The translations under genes and the position numbers were made by a program. From contig JBBSWK010000207.1 in NCBI GenBank assembly GCA_038046325.1, positions 1 through 31,104 on the forward strand: 31,104 nucleotides of DNA. The letters are read 5' to 3'. The stretch comes from Nanobdellota archaeon. Lineage in GTDB: Archaea; Nanobdellota; Nanobdellia; Woesearchaeales; GW2011-AR9. The notes under the pieces were generated by a model that made no database searches, was not told the DNA's origin, and was given only the letters and a program-made list of their open reading frames with translations. Shown one piece after another: positions 1 through 6,833 of this stretch (its first letter is position 1; every line of letters starts with the position of its first letter).

Positions 1-2
1 TT

Positions 3-368
3 GTTGGAGTTGGCGCTTTATTCATGCACATGGGCGTTCTCTATTCTATCGGCAAACTGCAACCATCAAACCTGTATCATATTGTTTTCAACAATTTTGC
101 GCACGATTCAGTGGGCGGACAGCCTACTGCAGCCGACGCTATTGATATCTCTGCTTTAGCGAAAGCAAACGGATATAAAGAAACATTCCTAGCGCAAACG
201 GCAGAAGAAATTAGGCATGGTTTGTTGAAGATGAAGAATGCTGCCGGGCCGGTATTGTTAGAGATCCGCTGCAATAAAGGAGCGCGTAAAGATCTGGGAA
301 GACCAACACAGTCTCCTCTGGAAAATAAGAAGCATTTTGTCGAATTTCTGCGAGATGAAATTAAATGA
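3..368 (+). CDS. aepY: Phosphonopyruvate decarboxylase, C-terminal ThDP-binding part (5'-truncated by window edge)
   Basis: Frame is open from nt 3 (VGVGALFMHMG...). Motifs HIVFNNFAHDSVGGQPT, GPVLLEIR and GARKDLGRP match the C-terminus of phosphonopyruvate decarboxylases. Adjacent to a phosphonoacetaldehyde-reductase-like gene. Confidence 0.88.
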   Translation, partial: VGVGALFMHMGVLYSIGKLQPSNLYHIVFNNFAHDSVGGQPTAADAIDISALAKANGYKETFLAQTAEEIRHGLLKMKNAAGPVLLEIRCNKGARKDLGRPTQSPLENKKHFVEFLRDEIK

Positions 369-380
369 AATTAAATGAAA
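355..380. repeat. Short tandem repeat ATGAAATTAA x2.6 spanning the stop codon
   Basis: atgaaattaa atgaaattaa atgaaa at 355-380. Confidence 0.8.
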
Positions 381-400
381 ATTGATCAGGGAGTAGAGGC

Positions 401-1540
401 ATGCAAAGAGAATATGTTGGTTCAGGGTGTTTGATCCGTCTTAAGGAGGTTTTAGAAGCAGAAAAACCTTCATCTATTTTTTTGGTGACTGGAAAAGTGT
501 CGTATGGCCAATCCGGAGCTCAGAGAGTTATTGAACCTTTGCTTTCCAATTATAAAGTAACGTATTTTTCAGAGTTTTCTGTTAATCCACAATTGGAAGA
601 TATCAAGAAAGGAATATCTTTATACCGACAAGCTGGTTGTGACTTAGTTATTGCTGTGGGCGGAGGGAGTGCCATTGACATAGCAAAATCGATACATCTC
701 CTTGCAGCTCAGCCCGGAGCGGCAGAGAAATATATAACCAAAGAGCTTACTCCTGTTCATAAACCAAAACCATTTATTGCTATACCAACCACGGCGGGAA
801 CAGGATCAGAAGCAACCCATTTTGCCGTCATATACATAGAGAAGGTAAAATATTCTCTCGGCCACAAGGAATGGATGATTCCTCAGTATGTGTTTCTAGA
901 TCCTACTTTTACTTTAGGTCTACCTAAGTCTATTACTGCTTCTACGGGGATAGATGCGTTATGCCAAGCGGTAGAATCGTATTGGTCCACTCAATCAACA
1001 GAGGAGTCAAAAAAATATGCGAGGCAAGCAATAACCCTGATTTTGAATCATTTAGTTCCGGCAGTTCATAAACCTTCACTGCAGAGTCGCGAAGCAATGT
1101 TGCAAGGAGCGAACTTAGCGGGGAAAGCGATCAATATTTCTAAAACTACTGCTTGCCATTCTGTTTCCTATCCTATCACTTCTTATTTTGGAGTTGCTCA
1201 CGGTCATGCCTGTGCGCTGACACTGGGAGAGATGTGCAAGTATAATAACGATATAACAGATCATGATTGCCTGGATACACGAGGAGCAGCATATGTGAAA
1301 GGTATTCTTTCAGAATTATGCGAGCTGTTTCAAGTAAGTACTGTTGAAGAGATGCAGCGGAAGATTGATGGCATAATGGATCAGGTTGGACTTACCAGAA
1401 AACTTAGTATGCTTAACATATCTGCTCTCGAACATCACGATATTATTGTTGCTAATGGTTTTAATCCAGAACGGGTGAGAAACAACCCCAGAGAGTTAAC
1501 CGAGGGAGCATTGCGGGAGATATTAAAAAAGATTAGTTGA
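401..1540 (+). CDS. Iron-containing alcohol dehydrogenase, phosphonoacetaldehyde reductase (2-hydroxyethylphosphonate-forming) type
   Basis: GGGSAIDIAK, PTTAGTGSEAT, DALCQAVES (Gln where many Fe-ADHs have His) and HSVSYPITSYFGVAHGHAC. Directly downstream of the decarboxylase. GGAG-like RBS upstream. Confidence 0.85.
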   Translation: MQREYVGSGCLIRLKEVLEAEKPSSIFLVTGKVSYGQSGAQRVIEPLLSNYKVTYFSEFSVNPQLEDIKKGISLYRQAGCDLVIAVGGGSAIDIAKSIHLLAAQPGAAEKYITKELTPVHKPKPFIAIPTTAGTGSEATHFAVIYIEKVKYSLGHKEWMIPQYVFLDPTFTLGLPKSITASTGIDALCQAVESYWSTQSTEESKKYARQAITLILNHLVPAVHKPSLQSREAMLQGANLAGKAINISKTTACHSVSYPITSYFGVAHGHACALTLGEMCKYNNDITDHDCLDTRGAAYVKGILSELCELFQVSTVEEMQRKIDGIMDQVGLTRKLSMLNISALEHHDIIVANGFNPERVRNNPRELTEGALREILKKIS

Positions 1541-1588
1541 TGAAGGATTATTTTTTACCATAAAAAACCTAATTCCATAACCGCAGCC

Positions 1589-1622
1589 GAAGGCGAGGGC
1601 AAGTCACTACGTTCGTGCCTTC
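1589..1622. other. GC-rich intergenic imperfect palindrome (possible RNA hairpin, terminator or REP-like element)
   Basis: gaaggc (1589-1594) ... gccttc (1617-1622) enclosing gggcaagtcactacgttcgt, in an otherwise AT-rich spacer downstream of the reductase. Confidence 0.35.
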
Positions 1623-1702
1623 ACGAAAACTGAAGAATACAAGCAATATGAAGAATATCATATTGCTGTACAGGAATGAAATCTTTGTTTCATTCCTTGT
1701 AT

Positions 1703-1799
1703 CAGTTTTCGGAACTGAAAAATGATAGTTTTCATTTTTCATGTTTCCTAACGGAAAGATTTGAAATCATGTTTTATGATTTCATAATCTTCTTAAATC
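1703..1799 (+). promoter_or_regulatory. Cluster of four inverted repeats followed by a TATA-like box upstream of the cmk-like gene
   Basis: cagtt-N5-aactg (1703-1717), gaaaaatga-N6-tcatttttc (1717-1740), tttcc-N4-ggaaa (1744-1757), tgaaatcat-N5-atgatttca (1762-1784). CTTAAATC at 1792-1799 lies 21 nt before ATG 1820. Confidence 0.5.
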
Positions 1800-1819
1800 A
1801 TTTCTGCTTGGTTTTGTTC

Positions 1820-2539
1820 ATGAGTGGAAAGAAAAGAGAAAAGATGATTATCACTATTGACGGTTCTTCGTGGACTGGGAAATCAAGCTCTGCAAAAGCT
1901 CTGGCAAAAATGTTAGGGTACCAGTATCTGAACACCGGGGCAATGTTTCGAGCGATTGGATATTTTGTAAAACAGAAAGGTCTGAAAGAAGAAAAAGACA
2001 TCATTGGTGCGCTGAAGGATGTAACCATGGAATTTAAGCTGGTTCAAGGGGAAAGTAGATTATTTTTGAATAGTGAAGATGTGAATGAGCAGATAACCAG
2101 TAATGAAGTTGTTTCCTTGGCTTCAAAAGTGGCTGGCATCCCTGCAGTTCGAGAGAAACTTCTTCAGCTTCAGCGCCATATTGCCAAAGAGGGAGGATTT
2201 ATCGTAGAAGGCCGGGATACCGGCACCGCAGTCTTTCCAGATGCTGATTGGAAATTCTTTTTAGATGCTTCTATGGACATAAAAGTGAAGAGATATTTTA
2301 AGATGCTTCCGCCTGAGGAGAAAACAAAACATCCTCCTGGGGAAGTTCGCCAGATTATTACCGATATTGATGCACGGGATCGCAGCAGGCCAGTCGGACC
2401 GTTGACTAAGGCTAAAGATGCCATTCTCTATGATAATTCAGACAGTCCAAGCGCAGAACAAGATGCTATGGTGATGTGGTATTATATCACTAAAAGTGAG
2501 GAGATGATTCATAATCTTAATAACTTACACAAAAATTAA
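1820..2539 (+). CDS. cmk: Bacterial-type cytidylate-kinase-like protein (divergent)
   Basis: IITIDGSSWTGKSS P-loop, YLNTGAMFRA, EGRDTGTAVFPDADWKFFLDAS, RDRSRPVGPL. Start moved from the ORF-track 1676 to ATG 1820 (1844 also possible) because homology begins there and a TATA-like box precedes it. Confidence 0.8.
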   Translation: MSGKKREKMIITIDGSSWTGKSSSAKALAKMLGYQYLNTGAMFRAIGYFVKQKGLKEEKDIIGALKDVTMEFKLVQGESRLFLNSEDVNEQITSNEVVSLASKVAGIPAVREKLLQLQRHIAKEGGFIVEGRDTGTAVFPDADWKFFLDASMDIKVKRYFKMLPPEEKTKHPPGEVRQIITDIDARDRSRPVGPLTKAKDAILYDNSDSPSAEQDAMVMWYYITKSEEMIHNLNNLHKN

Positions 2540-2571
2540 AAATCTACAATCATTAAACGTCTGCCATCACC

Positions 2572-3300
2572 ATGGTTACCATAACAGAAATTCGTGAAAA
2601 ATGCAAAAAAGAATACTGGGGATTCTTTAATAGGTTAGTTCATGAAGTTGGTTTTTACTTCACTAAGCCGTTCATCAATACACCTATCACCTCCAATCAG
2701 GTTACCTTGTTCTGGTTGTTTTTAGGCGTAGTTGGAGCAGCGCTGTTGTCAACCGGCGTCTACAAATGGATGCTTTTAGGAATTATCATATATCATCTTG
2801 GGCATTTTTTTGATTGCGTTGACGGGAATTTAGCCCGATACCGCAATAAGCCCAGTTTGAAAGGACAATATCTGGAGCAGATCGCTCATCATATTACTAT
2901 ATTGTCTGTTTTGTGTGGTTTAACAGTTGGTACGTTCAGAATGACCGATAATGTTCTTTCATTATATTTAGGCGGAATAGCGGTTGGAGCTTTCGTATTT
3001 GCGAAGCTGTTTAACATCAACCTGATTTCGTATAAAGCTGAACTACGGGACAGAGTTGCACAGATCATAGATAAGCTTAACCCTCGGAAAAGAAGCAAAC
3101 TGACTATTTTCATTTTTGGTTTTGTGCGCATAGAACATCCCTTGAATCTGATGTTTTTCACTATCCTGCTTAATAAGCCTTTGGTCGGCTTAGGATGTTA
3201 TGCTTTTCTGCATACGGTAGAGATGGTGAAGAAGTTAGCGACGTCTCTGGTAAAGCTGCAGAAGGCGGATGACGAAACTGCTTTAGCACAGCAGAAATAG
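2572..3300 (+). CDS. CDP-alcohol phosphatidyltransferase family membrane protein
   Basis: ITSNQVT followed by a TM helix. Signature FFDCVDGNLARYRNKPSLKGQYLEQIAH. Several hydrophobic segments. Confidence 0.85.
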   Translation: MVTITEIREKCKKEYWGFFNRLVHEVGFYFTKPFINTPITSNQVTLFWLFLGVVGAALLSTGVYKWMLLGIIIYHLGHFFDCVDGNLARYRNKPSLKGQYLEQIAHHITILSVLCGLTVGTFRMTDNVLSLYLGGIAVGAFVFAKLFNINLISYKAELRDRVAQIIDKLNPRKRSKLTIFIFGFVRIEHPLNLMFFTILLNKPLVGLGCYAFLHTVEMVKKLATSLVKLQKADDETALAQQK

Positions 3301-3322
3301 GTCATAAGAAATCTAACCCGAG

Positions 3323-4252
3323 TTACACCCTTTTGTTATTGATCATATCTGCTAAAAAGCCAAAGAGAACAATCTGGATTCCTACCAACATGAATAAGGC
3401 GCTTAAGACGGTGGTAGGTAGTCTTCCGACATTACCTAGGGTGATAAATCGATATACCAGCCAAATTCCGAGAATAATGCCGATGCTGAAGAAACTCAAG
3501 CCGATTTTTCCAAAGAACTGCAATGGCTCATAGTTTCGGTAAATTCTAAATATATTTATCCAAGCCTTAACTGCATACTGGAATGGATTTTTGAAAAGCC
3601 TGCTCTTCCGCGTTCTTCTGGAATCAATAGGTATTTCGGTGATCTTGAATCCCTGCTTGGCTGCCTTGATGATTTGTTCTTGAGTGTAGGTAAAGGTGTT
3701 GATGAAATCTATTTCCCGCGCTAGTTCAGCGGTGAAAGCCCTAAAGCCAGTAGTAGAGTCGGTGATTCTAATTTTGGTTAAGGAGCTTAAGACTTTGGAG
3801 AATAAGATGTTTCCTATGCGTTTGGTGAGCGGCATGTACTGGATTCTTCCTCGGAATCTGCTGCCTAAGACGAGATCGTATCCCTGCTGTACTTTTTCAA
3901 TAAGTTGGGGGATGTGTCTGGGATGGTATTGGCCGTCAGCATCGGTATGAACGATGATGTCAGCTTTCCGCTCCAGGCATTCTTTCATTTCGGAGCGGAA
4001 AGTTTCCGCCAAGCCTTTGTTGCGGCGATGGGAAACCACTATAGCTCCATGTTCTTGGGCGATTTTTGCAGTTTGGTCTTTGCTTCCATCGTTTAAGACA
4101 AGTATCTTGTAATGGTACGAAGTTACTTTCAAGGCTTCTTTTATTTCAAGAATAGTTCTTCCGATGTCCCTTTCTTCGTTATAGGCGGGGATGGAAATGA
4201 TGATAAAGGGCTTTTTAGGTTTAAGAAGCTGTTTAGCAGGAATGCTTTTCAT
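3323..4252 (-). CDS. GT2 glycosyltransferase, polyprenol-phosphate sugar synthase (DPM1-like) with two C-terminal TM helices
   Basis: ISIPAYNEE, VLNDGSKDQT, HTDADGQY, LVLGSRF, DSTTGFRAF, hydrophobic C-terminal hairpin. Confidence 0.9.
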   Translation of the reverse strand: MKSIPAKQLLKPKKPFIIISIPAYNEERDIGRTILEIKEALKVTSYHYKILVLNDGSKDQTAKIAQEHGAIVVSHRRNKGLAETFRSEMKECLERKADIIVHTDADGQYHPRHIPQLIEKVQQGYDLVLGSRFRGRIQYMPLTKRIGNILFSKVLSSLTKIRITDSTTGFRAFTAELAREIDFINTFTYTQEQIIKAAKQGFKITEIPIDSRRTRKSRLFKNPFQYAVKAWINIFRIYRNYEPLQFFGKIGLSFFSIGIILGIWLVYRFITLGNVGRLPTTVLSALFMLVGIQIVLFGFLADMINNKRV

Positions 4253-4274
4253 CTCTTTATCGGCAAAAGTTCAG

Positions 4275-4321
4275 CTTAAATATTTTATGAATCTGGGCTT
4301 TCTATTTCAGAAATTATATAA
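4275..4321. promoter_or_regulatory. Divergent archaeal-type TATA boxes
   Basis: TTATATAA (4314-4321, preceded by purine-rich cagaaa) is 24 nt before ATG 4345. A reverse-strand TATTTAAG (4275-4282) is 23 nt before the start at 4252. Confidence 0.55.
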
Positions 4322-4344
4322 AGCAACTTTCTCCAATTTTAATA

Positions 4345-5643
4345 ATGAAGAATCGTAAGCTTATAATCCTCTTGGTATTAGCCGTTATTCTGTTAGGAGC
4401 AGCTGTTCTAAGATTGTACAATCTGGAAGAAGAGAGTTTATGGCTGGATGAGTGTTTTACTCTTGATTACAGTTCAAAGCCGATCCCTTCGCTGATAGAG
4501 ACCCTGAAGAAAGATGTTCATCCTATCGGGTATTATCTTCCCCAGCACCTGCTGTTGGATTATTTCGGTTCTTCGGAGATTAGTTTACGGATCTTATCAG
4601 TGTTTTTTGGAGTGCTTTCGGTGTATTTAACCTATTTGCTGGGGAAAAAATTCTTTTCCTGGAAAGAAGGGTTGCTGGCTGCTTTTTTTATGGCGATGTC
4701 GTATACCGCTATACTTTATTCTCAAGATGCAAAGATGTACAGCATGTTTGGAGCATTTTTCCTGCTTTCTCTGCTCGCTTTCATCAGATTTCTGGAGAAG
4801 CCCTCATGGCTAAACACGGTGTTCTTTTCTCTCTCTTCAGCATTGCTGCTGTATACACATATCATAGGATTAGTAATTTTTGGCGGTTACTTCTGTTTTT
4901 ATGTCACTGGTTATTTGCTTAAACATAATGCTGGCATTGGCTCTTCATTTTCTTATAAAACTCTTTTTTCTTCAAAAATATTCTTAGTCTTACTAATAGT
5001 CTTTTTGTTGTACTGGCCTTGGTTTACAATGTTAGTGCTGTATCAGCTTCCTCGTTTATACATCTCACTGGGAGAAAAGTTTATTGAAAAGACCGGGTTA
5101 AATCTTTTACCAGTTGTAGTTGCTAGTATGATATTTTTGGTTTTACTTTATGTAATTATTTTGTATCTTATGGTTAAAGGTAAAATTAATGTTGACAACA
5201 TCCAGAAACGCTTTGGATCTTCTACTTTCCTCGCGAATGAAAAGGCCTTGTTTTTATTATTACTACTTTTCTTAGCCTTTGATCTTTTAGTAAGCCGTTA
5301 TCTTTTTTCTTCGGTACCTATAGTTCGCTTTGTTTTTTTCCTGCTTCCTATGGGCCAGATTTTACTTTCTAGAATTTTACTGCGGATGAAAAGCACTCAT
5401 TTTGCTACTATTCTATTTGTTCTTTTTATGATAAGTGCGTCATTTGAGCTTTACAAGTATTACCAAGTTGATTCTAAGGAACAGTTTAGAGAAGCTGCGA
5501 AGTATGTTGAAAATCATGCTTCGGCAGCAGATATTTTATTTCTGCACCGTGCAACCATAGCTAAGCTCTGTTTTGATTACTACTATTCTGGTAATGTTGA
5601 GGAAATACGGCTGATAACTTCTGGCGAGGACGTTATTTGTTGA
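4345..5643 (+). CDS. GT-C fold membrane glycosyltransferase (GT39/GT83, PMT_2/ArnT-like); main part of a frameshifted gene
   Basis: LRLYNLEEESLWLDE, DVHPIGYY, LRILSVFFGVLSVYLTYLLGK, YSQDAKMYS, many TM segments, KEQFREAAKYV. The C-terminus appears cut short at 5643. Confidence 0.8.
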   Translation: MKNRKLIILLVLAVILLGAAVLRLYNLEEESLWLDECFTLDYSSKPIPSLIETLKKDVHPIGYYLPQHLLLDYFGSSEISLRILSVFFGVLSVYLTYLLGKKFFSWKEGLLAAFFMAMSYTAILYSQDAKMYSMFGAFFLLSLLAFIRFLEKPSWLNTVFFSLSSALLLYTHIIGLVIFGGYFCFYVTGYLLKHNAGIGSSFSYKTLFSSKIFLVLLIVFLLYWPWFTMLVLYQLPRLYISLGEKFIEKTGLNLLPVVVASMIFLVLLYVIILYLMVKGKINVDNIQKRFGSSTFLANEKALFLLLLLFLAFDLLVSRYLFSSVPIVRFVFFLLPMGQILLSRILLRMKSTHFATILFVLFMISASFELYKYYQVDSKEQFREAAKYVENHASAADILFLHRATIAKLCFDYYYSGNVEEIRLITSGEDVIC

Positions 5644-5825
5644 TGGAAAGAGCTGCTGGAAAAAGAGATGCCTATCTGGTCCTTACCCATAATTACCATA
5701 CTAAAGATTATTTTAAGCGAAAAATGGATGCGCTTTACGAATTAGTGGAGGAAAAGAAATTTATCGGGATAACTATTTACAAATATAGGATAAGTGATGC
5801 TTATTCGCGGACTTCAGAATCATAA
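5637..5825 (+). pseudogene. C-terminal fragment of the preceding GT-C gene in the -1 frame
   Basis: Overlaps the previous stop. AYLVLTHN...LYELVEEKKFIGITIYKY resembles the extracellular tail of such GT-C proteins. One extra T in the TTT run at 5636-5638 would fuse the two frames. Confidence 0.65.
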
Positions 5826-5867
5826 TCTATTTAAATCAATCCTAATGCAAATAAGCTGTGTGTAAGA

Positions 5868-6833
5868 GTGGTTAAGATTGGTGTCATTGGATCCGGTAAA
5901 TGGGGTGAAAACCATCTCAAAGATTTATCTAAGATTTCGTCCTGTCATTTGGTAGGATTAGCTGATATTGATGAAGGGAAGAAAGAATTGGCCGAGAGGC
6001 ATGGCATCAAATTCTTTAAGAATTATCAGGAGATGCTCCCTCATGTAGATGCAGTTACGGTGGTAACGCCCACTCTTTTTCATTATGAGATAGCGAAAGA
6101 TTGTCTTCTTCAAGGCAAACATGTCTTTGTGGAAAAACCTTTATGTTTTGATCACCAGCAGTCGGAAGAATTAGTACATCTGGCAAACGAAAAAAAGATC
6201 ATACTTTCCGTGGGATATGTTTTTCGCTTTAATCCACTGATGAACAGAGTCAAGGAGTTATTGTCGGTGATTGGCGAGATCCATTATATCTCGGGAAGGT
6301 ATATTCATTCTACCGTTCCGCCGCGGAAGGATTCCGGAGCTATTTTTAATCTAGGGGTTCACCTTATTGATTTTTTAAATGTTCTCCTTCCGCAAAATCC
6401 CCAAAAAATATATGCACGAAACTCTCATATTATTTCCAAGCATAATGAAGATTCCTCTTTTATCACCATCGATTATGGCAATTTTAGCGCACACTTAGAA
6501 GTCAGTTGCTGTCATCCCCTGAAAAAGAGGGATATGTGGATTATCGGTTCAAAAGAAAAACTGTATCTTGATTTTTTAGATCAAGTAATCGAGCGGCACC
6601 CGTTGGTGGTGAATGAGGATAAGACTGAAAGAAAAGAAACCTTCCGTGACCCGGAAGTGGGCAAAAATCAGCCTCTGTATGAAGAATTAAAATATTTTGC
6701 TCATCTCTGCAATAAGAAGAGCATTGGAGAGGGAGTGAATCTCAATCTTTCTGCAGAAAATGTTCTTACCACCAAGATGTGTTCTTTAGCTATAAAATCG
6801 GCACAACAGAATGAGGTTCAGGCAATAGAATGA
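5868..6833 (+). CDS. Gfo/Idh/MocA family NAD-dependent oxidoreductase (WbpB/WlbA-like sugar 3-dehydrogenase)
   Basis: KIGVIGSGKWG, DAVTVVTPTLFHYEIA, HVFVEKP, VGYVFRFNP, LGVHLID. GTG start. Confidence 0.88.
   Translation: MVKIGVIGSGKWGENHLKDLSKISSCHLVGLADIDEGKKELAERHGIKFFKNYQEMLPHVDAVTVVTPTLFHYEIAKDCLLQGKHVFVEKPLCFDHQQSEELVHLANEKKIILSVGYVFRFNPLMNRVKELLSVIGEIHYISGRYIHSTVPPRKDSGAIFNLGVHLIDFLNVLLPQNPQKIYARNSHIISKHNEDSSFITIDYGNFSAHLEVSCCHPLKKRDMWIIGSKEKLYLDFLDQVIERHPLVVNEDKTERKETFRDPEVGKNQPLYEELKYFAHLCNKKSIGEGVNLNLSAENVLTTKMCSLAIKSAQQNEVQAIE

Noticed and set aside
355-380. 10-bp tandem repeat as a phase-variation switch
   Set aside because: Only about 2.6 copies, and the first stop falls within the repeat, so copy-number change would barely alter the protein.
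1676-1819. N-terminal extension of the cmk ORF given by the ORF track
   Set aside because: Phe-rich, no kinase homology, and it overlaps palindromes and a TATA-like box, so it is best read as intergenic.
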